A DNA stretch of 64,000 bases from Auanema rhodensis (taxonomy: Eukaryota > Animalia > Nematoda). The DNA is taken from contig OZ059897.1 of NCBI GenBank assembly GCA_964057225.1, positions 10,354,001 through 10,418,000 of the forward strand, read 5' to 3'. The first letter of the stretch is position 1; every line of letters begins with the position of its first letter. The translations under genes and the position numbers were made by a program. Under the pieces are notes generated by a model. It ran no database searches. It was not told the origin of the DNA and saw nothing but the letters and a program-made list of their open reading frames with translations. Below are positions 1 to 12,120 of the stretch, one piece after another.

Positions 1-1821
1 CGGCTCGACATATATTCCTCCTCTGTTTCCTGTGCATAACTGGTACGTTGTTTCTGCACTGCATGTGTTTATAATGAGTGCGATAATTGTGATAAAGAGG
101 GGTAGGAATGGTGTTGATTTTCTTTTGTTGTTCGGTACTTCGTTTTCCGTGACGTTGTTGACTTGAAAACGTACTCCTGGGCTCTGTGTGCGTTCTCTAT
201 ACCGTTCCGGTCCATTGGAGGTGCTGCGCGGGCGACTTCTATAATTGTTGTATTGGCTTCGATTGTATTGAGAGGGGTATTGTTCGTGATTATTTGATTG
301 TCGCCGGTTGTTGTGTCCGCTATAGTTTTGGTCGCGGTTTCGATAGTATGGTCTTTCTTGGCTTCTGTTCCGTGATCTGTCGAAGTAGTTTTGTCTTGAT
401 CCCTTATTTTGAGAGAATCGTGAGTTATGGTTCCTGTATTGGTGTTGATGAGGCCGATATTGGTTGTTGTATCTGTCCGGATATCGGTTGTGTGGTTTGC
501 CATTGCCATTATACATCGGTTTGGTTCCTTTGAATTCCTTAGATTCGTTTCTCTGGTATTGATTGTTGTCCTTTGAGTCTCGAATGTTGAGGTTGTTGAA
601 CGACTTCTCCATATTGTTGACGAACGATGGTGGTCTATTTTGTATAAAGAGTTCTTCTCGTAAGGCCATTTCGTAAGCTTCCTCAAAGTTTGGTGGGTCT
701 AGACGGCTAACGTGTTCGCTTATTTCGGGTCTTAGTCCCCAGGTGAAGGTGGATCGGAGCATGTTAAGCTCACTTTCGTTGTTCATGTCCATAGCCGAGT
801 AGGCTTCGTTAGAACATCTTGTTGCAAAGCTTTGTACCGATTCCGTTGGTAACTGTTTCAAGCCATGTAGGCGGTGCATTGCTCGTTCTCTCTGTTTTTT
901 CGGTGTGATCATTTCTGAGAGTCGCTTCTTGACATGGTCCCATCCGAGTCGCTTATCTTCGGTTGTGAGTTTTCTGTACGCTTCTCTTGCTCGATCATCT
1001 TCTAGCAATAATTGTATGCTTTGAAGACGTTCGGGCATAGTTGTTCTTGTAGCGTTGAAGTGTTCATCTAGGTATAGTAGATAGCGGTTGAATGGTGTTT
1101 TTCCATCGTAGCGTGGAGCTTTTATATCGCGTATGGCGGACGGAATCGCTGCTGGTTGAGGGATGATTGTAGGTGTTGGAACAGGTGCCCTTCCCGAGGT
1201 TTGCGTAAGTGGTGCGCCTTCGTCCATTGGGTCCATTCTTGGGTTAATTCTCTTGTTTTCTGCAACAAAAGTATTTGCTTGATTAGTTTGCGATGGAAGA
1301 GACGGAGATAGAGAATGCCCGGATGTAGAATGATCAATGGATGAAGGTGAGTTTCGTAGAGGTGGGGATGAGCTTACTGCGGGTGTGGTTGAAGAAAGTG
1401 CGGGCGTAGGTGATTTTTGTGTGGTTGGTGTATTGCTTCTTCTAGGGGTGGCTATTAAAGGATTGATTGGGTTGATTGTATTTGGTATGGTGTTGGTTGG
1501 GGGGTTTTGAGGGTTCCCTTTGCTTGCTATGTTTTTAGGAATAGGTTTAATGTTTGGGATAATTTTCTTTTCTAAGGTGTTTCTTTCGACTATGTCTGTT
1601 TTTTGTTTCTTCGTTTTTTCATGTGATTTGGGATTGGTGAATTGTTTTTGAATGCCGCGATGTCTTGGGGTATGTATTACCATTGACTTTGTTTTAATGC
1701 TTAACTTCGCTTGTTTTGCAGAGGGGGGAGAATATGTTGCGGGCGGTTGTCTTTTTCTTCTTATAATATTTGAAGTGGCAGCAGGGTCCAGCGGAGGTTT
1801 TGGACCAGTATTGGGCAGCAT
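1..1821 (-). CDS. gag: Element A polyprotein, 5' part: Ser/Thr/Pro-rich N-terminus, capsid-like Gag, N/Q/R/Y-rich domain, signal peptide and start of Env (runs off window)
   Basis: Hand translation shows an open frame from ATG 1821 to the window edge: MLPNTGP...ATYSPP...RYDGKTPF...MPERLQSIQLLL...LRSTFTWGLRPEI...FLPLFITIIALIINTCSAETTYQLCT. It is missing from the ORF track because it has no stop inside the window. A frameshift near 20-25 is possible. Confidence 0.85.
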   Translation of the reverse strand, partial: MLPNTGPKPPLDPAATSNIIRRKRQPPATYSPPSAKQAKLSIKTKSMVIHTPRHRGIQKQFTNPKSHEKTKKQKTDIVERNTLEKKIIPNIKPIPKNIASKGNPQNPPTNTIPNTINPINPLIATPRRSNTPTTQKSPTPALSSTTPAVSSSPPLRNSPSSIDHSTSGHSLSPSLPSQTNQANTFVAENKRINPRMDPMDEGAPLTQTSGRAPVPTPTIIPQPAAIPSAIRDIKAPRYDGKTPFNRYLLYLDEHFNATRTTMPERLQSIQLLLEDDRAREAYRKLTTEDKRLGWDHVKKRLSEMITPKKQRERAMHRLHGLKQLPTESVQSFATRCSNEAYSAMDMNNESELNMLRSTFTWGLRPEISEHVSRLDPPNFEEAYEMALREELFIQNRPPSFVNNMEKSFNNLNIRDSKDNNQYQRNESKEFKGTKPMYNGNGKPHNRYPDRYNNQYRPHQHQYRNHNSRFSQNKGSRQNYFDRSRNRSQERPYYRNRDQNYSGHNNRRQSNNHEQYPSQYNRSQYNNYRSRPRSTSNGPERYRERTQSPGVRFQVNNVTENEVPNNKRKSTPFLPLFITIIALIINTCSAETTYQLCTGNRGGIYVEP

Positions 1822-3057
1822 CGTTGGTATCCTGTAAGGAAATTTGTTATATCCAACGTGTGCCAAAATAATTTTATATATAGAAAAACGTAAAGAATAA
1901 TGTTGGGTTTGTGTGCGCGATTCTTATGAAGGTAGCTAGTCTTGCAAGTAATCTCTTTACCAATATAGCTCGTCCGGGTCTAACACAGGTTTGAAACTAG
2001 TGTGCCTTTTCGAAGGGACAAGTTCTATATTGTGAAAAAGGCATGAAATGAAAGTTAATAGTTCGCCAGTCTTTTGGGACAAGGATACAAAATAGAATTT
2101 TCGCAATCATTTCATTTTCCCAGACCTCATTAACCTATCTGAGTCACAGGTATGTCAGCTGCCTTCTGCATCCTGCTCCCTGACTCTATGATGGCGAGAC
2201 CACTCTTATTATTTATATCAATGTGGGGCAGATTTCAATTCAAAAATTCTCTAATTATTTCATGGGGCGTACGTCTTATCCTGAGTGTCGGCCTCCGCTC
2301 GAGTCTCTTGAGTGTCTGGCATTATTCTTAACGAGGGGGGGGATGGTTTTTACGTATGAGTTAAAACTTATTGATTAATTTAATTATTTTTCGTATTTTC
2401 AGGTGCTAAGGTAATCGGAATTTGGATACGCTGCGCCTAATAAATATTTTTACTGTCGTGTTTAACACGGGATTTCTTGTTTATGAAATTACGGGGGGGG
2501 GGAAGGGGTGGGTTTATGAGAATACAGTGTAGTAGTATAAGAATAATAGTTTTATAAACGAACATAAAGAAAATAATGAAAATATGGTATGATAGGATGA
2601 TTAAGATAGTATGATAAGATGAAGATTCAGATAATATGATAAGATGATTAAGATTGAGAGGTATAGAAGCAATGTTTCTTTTTATTTCTTAATTCTAAAT
2701 TAATTTTATAAATAACTTAACTATTTTTGTTCAAAAAATGTGAAAATAAACTTATAATTCTTAGAAAAGTTAATTATTGAATTTGAATAATTTTCGTATA
2801 TAGGATTTTGAATAGAGAGAATGATAAATGATATAAGTACTCTTATGAATAATTGAAAATGATTTATGAGAATATAATGAATGGAAAACTGAGTTTTTGT
2901 AAAGAGTTTTTGAGATATAATTTTTAATAGAAAAGTTTTAGAGTTTTTAAGAAAATATTATAAGCTAACTTTAAGAGAGAGATAAGATTTTTAATTGAAT
3001 AAGAGATGTAGACGGTAGCGCTTGAGTTCCTTTACGAGATCCTGTCCAAAAGGAAGG

Positions 3058-3075
3058 ATCTCGGCGGAACCTCCA
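3058..3075 (-). promoter_or_regulatory. Primer-binding site of element A, complementary to the tRNA-Gln 3' end
   Basis: TGGAGGTTCCGCCGAGAT abuts the LTR. Metazoan tRNA-Gln ends ...ATCTCGGTGGAACCT-CCA (recalled), giving 18 nt of pairing with one G:U. Confidence 0.85.
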
Positions 3076-3492
3076 CGTTCCATTTAGATTCTCAATGGTT
3101 CCAAGTTGAGAGATCCAAACAGACTATGAGAAGATGAGTATGATTTTAAATATATGTGTGTAATGTAAGGTGAAATAAGAAACAAGAGATGAAATATATA
3201 AAGGTTTATTGTTCGCATTATAATATAATTATACAAAGATTAAAGCTAGAGTTAAGAAAGAGAATATAAAGAAGATAAAGAGAAAGTAAGATAATGAGAT
3301 AATGAGATGCCTGAGTCTTGAGGACTCAGGTTTATATATCCATACAACTCCTACTCAGTTTACACAAATTGTTACAAAGCTTATAAAAAGTGCATCTAGA
3401 ATATTCTCAGAATTGCTTAAAAACTATCTGCATTAGTTTAATAATAGCAGCTGCCATGGTCAGCTGCTTTCCTTTGAGATATGTATGTAACA
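3076..3492 (-). repeat. 5' LTR of element A (417 bp, TGTTAC...GGAACG)
   Basis: Bounded by the PBS and by the resumption of array sequence. Minus strand has TATATAAA (3338-3331), AATAAACC (~3210-3203), and the same GGAACG end as B, C and D. Confidence 0.8.
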
Positions 3493-3702
3493 TTAGATTT
3501 GTTTAATTTAAATACTTATTTAAGTTCCAACAATTTTTGATTTAATCACGTTCAATTAACTGTATTGTTTTCAAAAATAAAGACATCTTTCAATTTCTGG
3601 TCATTGAATTAGAATTTTCATGTTGTCACACAGAAATTGAAGAATCTTAGTTCATTTCAGTAACAATGAACACACTAACTTTGTTAAGTTGTTGTAATAT
3701 CG

Positions 3703-3774
3703 GCCCAAGTAGTATAGTGGTTAGTACTCCACGTTGTGGCCGTGGCGACACAGGTTCGATTCCTGTCTTGGGCA
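3703..3774 (+). tRNA. tRNA-His: tRNA-His(GTG), representative major allele
   Basis: Cloverleaf: acceptor GCCCAAG/CTTGGGC with A73, anticodon arm CCACG-TTGTGGC-CGTGG (GTG at 3736-3738), T arm ACAGG-TTCGATT-CCTGT. A and B boxes intact, no encoded CCA. Confidence 0.97.
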
Positions 3775-3780
3775 TTTTTT
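3775..3780 (+). terminator. RNA polymerase III terminator (T6), repeated as T5-T6 in each unit
   Basis: TTTTTT immediately follows the discriminator base. Confidence 0.85.
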
Positions 3781-4034
3781 GTTTTGAAATTTAAATGCTA
3801 TAAAATTATTGCTTGCTTGTCATGTTAGATTTGTTTAATTCAAATACTTATTTAAGTTCTAACAATTTCTGATTTAATCACGTTCAATTAACTGTATTGT
3901 TTTCAAAAATAAAGACAAAATTCAATTTCTGTTCATTGAATTAGAATTTTTATGTTGTCACACAGGAAATGAAGAATCTTAGTTCATTTCAGTAACAATG
4001 AACACACTAATTTTGTTAAGTTGTTGTAATATCG

Positions 4035-4106
4035 GCTCAAGTAGTATAGTGGTTAGTACTCCACGTTGTGGCCGTGGCGACACAGGTTCGATTCCTGTCT
4101 TGGGCA
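4035..4106 (+). tRNA. tRNA-His: tRNA-His(GTG), U3:G70 allele (representative)
   Basis: Same gene but starting GCTCAAG. Confidence 0.9.
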
Positions 4107-7100
4107 TTTTTTGTTTTGAAATTAAAATGCTATAAAATTATTGCTTGCTTGTCATGTTAGATTTGTTTAATTTAAATACTTATTTAAGTTCCAACAATTT
4201 TCGATCAAATCACGTTCATTAAACTGTATTGTTTTCAAAAATAAAGACATCTTTCAATTTCTGGTCATTGAATTAGAATTTTCATGTTGTCACACAGGAA
4301 ATGAAGAATCTTAGTTCATTTCAGTAACAATGAACACAATAATTTGGTTTAGTTTGTAATACCGGCCCAAGTAGTATAGTGGTTAGTACTCCACGTTGTG
4401 GCCGTGGCGACACAGGTTCGATTCCTGTCTTGGGCATTTTTTGTTTTGAAATTTAAATGCTATAAAATTATTGCTTGCTTGTCATGTTAGATTTGTTTAA
4501 TTTGAATACTTATTTAGGTTCGAACAATTTTCGATTAAATCACGTTCATTAAACTGTATTGTTTTCAAAAATAAAGACAAAATTCAATTTCTGTTCATTG
4601 AATTAGAAATTTCATGTTGTCACACAGAAATTGAAGAATCTTAGTTCATTTCAGTAACAATGAACACACTAACTTTGTTAAGTTGTTGTAATATCGGCCC
4701 AAGTAGTATAGTGGTTAGTACTCCACGTTGTGGCCGTGGCGACACAGGTTCGATTCCTGTCTTGGGCATTTTTTGTTTTGAAATTTAAATGCTATAAAAT
4801 TATTGCTTGCTTGTCATGTTAGATTTGTTTAATTTGAATACTTATTTAGGTTCGAACAATTTTCGATTAAATCACGTTCATTAAACTGTATTGTTTTCAA
4901 AAATAAAGACAAAATTCAATTTCTGTTCATTGAATTAGAATTTTTATGTTGTCACACAGGAAATGAAGAATCTTAGTTCATTTCAGTAACAATGAACACA
5001 ATAATTTTGTATAGTTTGTAATACCGGCCCAAGTAGTATAGTGGTTAGTACTCCACGTTGTGGCCGTGGCGACACAGGTTCGATTCCTGTCTTGGGCATT
5101 TTTTGTTTTGAAATTAAAAAGCTATAAACATATTGCTTGCTTGTCATGTTAGATTTGTTTAATTTAAATACTTATTTAAGTTCTAACAATTTTTGATTTA
5201 ATCACGTTCAATTAACTGTATTGTTTTCAAAAATAAAGACATCCTTCAATTTCTGGTCATTGAATTAGAATTTTCATGTTGTCACACAGGAAATGAAGAA
5301 TCTTAGTTCATTTCAGTAACAATGAACACACTATTTTTGTTAAGTTGTTGTAATATCGGCTCAAGTAGTATAGTGGTTAGTACTCCACGTTGTGGCCGTG
5401 GCGACACAGGTTCGATTCCTGTCTTGGGCAATTTTTGTTTTGAAATTAAAATGCTATAAAATTATTGCTTGCTTGTCATGTTAGATTTGTTTAATTTAAA
5501 TACTTATTAAAGTTCCAACAATTTTCGATTAAATCACATTCAATTAACTGTATTGTTTTCAAAAATAAAGACAAAATTCAACTTCTGTTCATTGAATTAG
5601 AATTTTCATGTTGTCACACAGAAATTGAAGATTCTTAGTTCATTTCAGTAACAATGAACACACTAACTTTGTTAAGTTGTTGTAATATCGGCCCAAGTAG
5701 TATAGTGGTTAGTACTCCACGTTGTGGCCGTGGCGACACAGGTTCGATTCCTGTCTTGGGCATTTTTTGTTTTGAAATTTAAATGCTATAAAATTATTGC
5801 TTGCTTGTCATGTTAGATTTGTTTAATTCAAATACTTATTTAAGTTCCAACAATTTTCGATTAAATCACGTTCATTAAACTGTATTGTTTTCAAAAATAA
5901 AGACATCTTTCAATTTCTGGTCATTGAATTAGAATTTTCATGTTGTCACACAGAAATTGAAGAATCTTAGTTCATTTCAGTAACAATGAACACACTAACT
6001 TTGTTAAGTTGTTGTAATATCGGCCCAAGTAGTATAGTGGTTAGTACTCCACGTTGTGGCCGTGGCGACACAGGTTCGATTCCTGTCTTGGGCATTTTTT
6101 GTTTTGAAATTTAAATGCTATAAAATTATTGCTTGCTTGTCATGTTAGATTTGTTTAATTCAAATACTTATTTAAGTTCTAACAATTTTTGATTTAATCA
6201 CGTTCAATTAACTGTATTGTTTTCAAAAATAAAGACATCTTTCAATTTCTGGTCATTGAATTATAATTTTCATGTTGTCACACAGAAATTGAAGAATCTT
6301 AGTTCATTTCAGTAACAATGAACACACTAACTTTGTTAAGTTGTTGTAATATCGGCCCAAGTAGTATAGTGGTTAGTACTCCACGTTGTGGCCGTGGCGA
6401 CACAGGTTCGATTCCTGTCTTGGGCATTTTTTGTTTTGAAATTTAAATGCTATAAAATTATTGCTTGCTTGTCATGTTAGATTTGTTTAATTCAAATACT
6501 TATTTAAGTTCTAACAATTTCTGATTTAATCACGTTCAATTAACTGTATTGTTTTCAAAAATAAAGACAAAATTCAATTTCTGTTCATTGAATTAGAATT
6601 TTTATGTTGTCACACAGGAAATGAAGAATCTTAGTTCATTTCAGTAACAATGAACACACTAATTTTGTTAAGTTGTTGTAATATCGGCTCAAGTAGTATA
6701 GTGGTTAGTACTCCACGTTGTGGCCGTGGCGACACAGGTTCGATTCCTGTCTTGGGCATTTTTTGTTTTGAAATTAAAATGCTATAAAATTATTGCTTGC
6801 TTGTCATGTTAGATTTGTTTAATTTGAATACTTATTTAGGTTCGAACAATTTTCGATTAAATCACGTTCATTAAACTGTATTGTTTTCAAAAATAAAGAC
6901 AAAATTCAATTTCTGTTCATTGAATTAGAATTTTCATGTTGTCACACAGAAATTGAAGAATCTTAGTTCATTTCAGTAATAATGAACACACTAACTTTGT
7001 TAAGTTGTTGTAATATCGGCCCAAGTAGTATAGTGGTTAGTACTCCACGTTGTGGCCGTGGCGACACAGGTTCGATTCCTGTCTTGGGCATTTTTTGTTT

Positions 7101-10100
7101 TGAAATTTAAATGCTATAAAATTATTGCTTGCTTGTCATGTTAGATTTGTTTAATTTGAATACTTATTTAGGTTCGAACAATTTTCGATTAAATCACGTT
7201 CATTAAACTGTATTGTTTTCAAAAATAAAGACAAAATTCAATTTCTGTTCATTGAATTAGAATTTTTATGTTGTCACACAGGAAATGAAGAATCTTAGTT
7301 CATTTCAGTAACAATGAACACAATAATTTTGTATAGTTTGTAATACCGGCCCAAGTAGTATAGTGGTTAGTACTCCACGTTGTGGCCGTGGCGACACAGG
7401 TTCGATTCCTGTCTTTGGCATTTTTTGTTTTGAAATTAAAAAGCTATAAACATATTGCTTGCTTGTCATGTTAGATTTGTTTAATTTAAATACTTATTTA
7501 AGTTCTAACAATTTTTGATTTAATCACGTTCAATTAACTGTATTGTTTTCAAAAATAAAGACATCCTTCAATTTCTGGTCATTGAATTAGAATTTTCATG
7601 TTGTCACACAGGAAATGAAGAATCTTAGTTCATTTCAGTAACAATGAACACACTATTTTTGTTAAGTTGTTGTAATATCGGCCCAAGTAGTATAGTGGTT
7701 AGTACTCCACGTTGTGGCCGTGGCGACACAGGTTCGATTCCTGTCTTGGGCATTTTTTGTTTTGAAATTAAAATGCTATAAAATTATTGCTTGCTTGTCA
7801 TGTTAGATTTGTTTAATTTGAATACTTATTTAGGTTCGAACAATTTTCGATTAAATCACGTTCATTAAACTGTATTGTTTTCAAAAATAAAGACAAAATT
7901 CAATTTCTGTTCATTGAATTAGAATTTTCATGTTGTCACACAGGAAATGAAGAATCTTAGTTCATTTCAGTAACAATGAACACACTAATTTTGTTAAGTT
8001 GTTGTAATATCGGCTCAAGTAGTATAGTGGTTAGTACTCCACGTTGTGGCCGTGGCGACACAGGTTCGATTCCTGTCTTGGGCATTTTTTGTTTTGAAAT
8101 TAAAATGCTATAAAATTATTGCTTGCTTGTCATGTTAGATTTGTTTAATTTAAATACTTATTTAAGTTCCAACAATTTTCGATCAAATCACGTTCATTAA
8201 ACTGTATTGTTTTCAAAAATAAAGACATCTTTCAATTTCTGGTCATTGAATTAGAATTTTCATGTTGTCACACAGGAAATGAAGAATCTTAGTTCATTTC
8301 AGTAACAATGAACACAATAATTTGGTTTAGTTTGTAATACCGGCCCAAGTAGTATAGTGGTTAGTACTCCACGTTGTGGCCGTGGCGACACAGGTTCGAT
8401 TCCTGTCTTGGGCATTTTTTGTTTTGAAATTTAAATGCTATAAAATTATTGCTTGCTTGTCATGTTAGATTTGTTTAATTTGAATACTTATTTAGGTTCG
8501 AACAATTTTCGATTAAATCACGTTCATTAAACTGTATTGTTTTCAAAAATAAAGACAAAATTCAATTTCTGTTCATTGAATTAGAAATTTCATGTTGTCA
8601 CACAGAAATTGAAGAATCTTAGTTCATTTCAGTAACAATGAACACACTAACTTTGTTAAGTTGTTGTAATATCGGCCCAAGTAGTATAGTGGTTAGTACT
8701 CCACGTTGTGGCCGTGGCGACACAGGTTCGATTCCTGTCTTGGGCATTTTTTGTTTTGAAATTTAAATGCTATAAAATTATTGCTTGCTTGTCATGTTAG
8801 ATTTGTTTAATTTGAATACTTATTTAGGTTCGAACAATTTTCGATTAAATCACGTTCATTAAACTGTATTGTTTTCAAAAATAAAGACAAAATTCAATTT
8901 CTGTTCATTGAATTAGAATTTTTATGTTGTCACACAGGAAATGAAGAATCTTAGTTCATTTCAGTAACAATGAACACAATAATTTTGTATAGTTTGTAAT
9001 ACCGGCCCAAGTAGTATAGTGGTTAGTACTCCACGTTGTGGCCGTGGCGACACAGGTTCGATTCCTGTCTTGGGCATTTTTTGTTTTGAAATTAAAAAGC
9101 TATAAACATATTGCTTGCTTGTCATGTTAGATTTGTTTAATTTAAATACTTATTTAAGTTCTAACAATTTTTGATTTAATCACGTTCAATTAACTGTATT
9201 GTTTTCAAAAATAAAGACATCCTTCAATTTCTGGTCATTGAATTAGAATTTTCATGTTGTCACACAGGAAATGAAGAATCTTAGTTCATTTCAGTAACAA
9301 TGAACACACTATTTTTGTTAAGTTGTTGTAATATCGGCTCAAGTAGTATAGTGGTTAGTACTCCACGTTGTGGCCGTGGCGACACAGGTTCGATTCCTGT
9401 CTTGGGCAATTTTTGTTTTGAAATTAAAATGCTATAAAATTATTGCTTGCTTGTCATGTTAGATTTGTTTAATTTAAATACTTATTAAAGTTCCAACAAT
9501 TTTCGATTAAATCACATTCAATTAACTGTATTGTTTTCAAAAATAAAGACAAAATTCAACTTCTGTTCATTGAATTAGAATTTTCATGTTGTCACACAGG
9601 AAATGAAGAATCTTAGTTCATTTCAGTAACAATGAACACACTATTTTTGTTAAGTTGTTGTAATATCGGCTCAAGTAGTATAGTGGTTAGTACTCCACGT
9701 TGTGGCCGTGGCGACACAGGTTCGATTCCTGTCTTGGGCATTTTTTGTTTTGAAATTTAAATGCTATAAAATTATTGCTTGCTTGTCATGTTAGATTTGT
9801 TTAATTCAAATACTTATTTAAGTTCCAACAATTTTCGATTAAATCACGTTCATTAAACTGTATTGTTTTCAAAAATAAAGACATCTTTCAATTTCTGGTC
9901 ATTGAATTAGAATTTTCATGTTGTCACACAGAAATTGAAGAATCTTAGTTCATTTCAGTAACAATGAACACACTAACTTTGTTAAGTTGTTGTAATATCG
10001 GCCCAAGTAGTATAGTGGTTAGTACTCCACGTTGTGGCCGTGGCGACACAGGTTCGATTCCTGTCTTGGGCATTTTTTGTTTTGAAATTTAAATGCTATA

Positions 10101-10771
10101 AAATTATTGCTTGCTTGTCATGTTAGATTTGTTTAATTCAAATACTTATTTAAGTTCTAACAATTTTTGATTTAATCACGTTCAATTAACTGTATTGTTT
10201 TCAAAAATAAAGACATCTTTCAATTTCTGGTCATTGAATTATAATTTTCATGTTGTCACACAGAAATTGAAGAATCTTAGTTCATTTCAGTAACAATGAA
10301 CACACTAACTTTGTTAAGTTGTTGTAATATCGGCCCAAGTAGTATAGTGGTTAGTACTCCACGTTGTGGCCGTGGCGACACAGGTTCGATTCCTGTCTTG
10401 GGCATTTTTTGTTTTGAAATTTAAATGCTATAAAATTATTGCTTGCTTGTCATGTTAGATTTGTTTAATTCAAATACTTATTTAAGTTCTAACAATTTCT
10501 GATTTAATCACGTTCAATTAACTGTATTGTTTTCAAAAATAAAGACAAAATTCAATTTCTGTTCATTGAATTAGAATTTTTATGTTGTCACACAGGAAAT
10601 GAAGAATCTTAGTTCATTTCAGTAACAATGAACACACTAATTTTGTTAAGTTGTTGTAATATCGGCTCAAGTAGTATAGTGGTTAGTACTCCACGTTGTG
10701 GCCGTGGCGACACAGGTTCGATTCCTGTCTTGGGCATTTTTTGTTTTGAAATTAAAATGCTATAAAATTAT

Positions 10772-11137
10772 CGTTCCATTCGGAGACTCTATATATGTAA
10801 CTGCAGGGTTAGAGCCAGACCGACTAGAGGAATGAGGAATGGCACCGCCTTCCCTCATGCCCCTATTCGGGAGTTCGCCCCTTTGCAAGCCCATGGACGG
10901 TTTGCATCTAACTTAGTTAATCTTATATATTAGTCTTTGTCTTGTAAATGTAGTTTACTTTATCCTTGTGTTAATGTATTGTAATGATATTGTATTGTGT
11001 ATAATAAACCTATATATTTCCTTATCTTATGTAATCCTTATGCTCTGTTTCCATACCGCTACACTTATGGAATACTATACGCGTAGTTGAGCAGACTACA
11101 ATGGTCTGTTCAATATACGTAGGAGCATAATGGAACG
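10772..11137 (+). repeat. 5' LTR of element B (366 bp)
   Basis: CGTTCCATT...AATGGAACG, a 9-bp terminal inverted repeat. Direct repeat of 22480-22845. Contains AATAAA. Confidence 0.97.
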
Positions 11138-11150
11138 TGGAGGTTCCACC
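11138..11150 (+). promoter_or_regulatory. Primer-binding site of B (tRNA-Gln)
   Basis: TGGAGGTTCCACC directly after the LTR. Confidence 0.85.
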
Positions 11151-12120
11151 TCGAACTCATTTTTGTCGCAAAAACTCGCATAAAAAGTCCATATTTTGAT
11201 ATCTAAATTAAAACTTCCTCCACGGTTAGCAACATAATGAGGGCGCCAACTTGTATAAGGTGCAGGTACAAGGGATCTCTCTTTTAGAGAGCTAGGACTA
11301 CATAATTTTGAAATTTCACCCGCTGTCCCCACTCATAAAACCGTCTGAGTGTCCACCCTTATAATACCGTATCCTGCACCGCTTCTCTTGCATTTTTTTT
11401 TGAGGACGTTTGGATCGAAATAGGGGACAATTTCACCAAACGAAATTTTGATTACATTATTATTTGGCAACGAGGAGTTAGAATGAAATTTTGAAAGCGC
11501 ACAAAGTTTAATATTTTATTGTGGTCAGGACTAGAGATTTGAAAGTTAAATTCAGGCGTAAAAGAGCATGCTAACTAAATATTTTTGCGGGAGCCGTTAT
11601 TCGGTTTTTATTTTTTTTTTGATTGTGAGAATAGACCACACTAGTCCGAAAAATCCTGGCACAAATTTTATTGCCTGTCAGGTCATTTTGGCGAAAGCAC
11701 ATGGGCTACGGATGTTTTCTTCTCCGTAGAATGTGTCACCTTCCTCAGCTCATTTTTGTTGCTAACATCATAAGATATTCCCACACACCTACCGTAGTAT
11801 TCATATTGTAATATTCTATAAATTAGTAGAATGGTTTAAAGAAAAAAATTGCGTTTTATAAACGAGCTTTGGTCTCAGTCCATTAGTAAAATGAGCAATC
11901 TTTTTAAATATTCTCGGAATCTCATTAGCATGCCAAAATCATTCCGAAAAAGAATCGCCCACGGCTTTTAATAATAACGTGCACATGAGCCATTTTCCCA
12001 AGGCGCACGCACTCCTTCTTTATTAATAAGCTCGACCAAAGTTTGTGTTATGGAAAAAAAAAAAAAAGAGAGAGAGAACAAATGAGTGAAATTAAGTATT
12101 TATTATATATGAAACAATTG

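Larger units (their letters stand above)
1..3492 (-). mobile_element. LTR retrotransposon A (Ty3/Gypsy-like, env-bearing); only the 5' part is in the window
   Basis: On the minus strand an LTR (3492-3076) is followed by a tRNA-Gln PBS and a Gag ORF homologous to B and D (TYSPP, YDG, LRSTFTWGL, signal peptide then YQLCT). The array resumes at 3493. Confidence 0.9.
3493..10771 (+). repeat. tRNA-His(GTG) tandem array block 1 (~22 genes, 330-332 bp unit)
   Basis: Near-identical units. First tRNA 3703-3774, last 10665-10736. Confidence 0.97.

Noticed and set aside
69-686. 205-aa Thr-rich ORF on the minus strand (and the 186-533 + ORF)
   Set aside because: These are alternative-frame shadows of the real Gag frame of element A, which is homologous to B and D.
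1900-2420. Splice-like signals on the + strand in the leader of A, suggesting an antisense gene as in B
   Set aside because: I could not assemble a consistent open reading frame from them.
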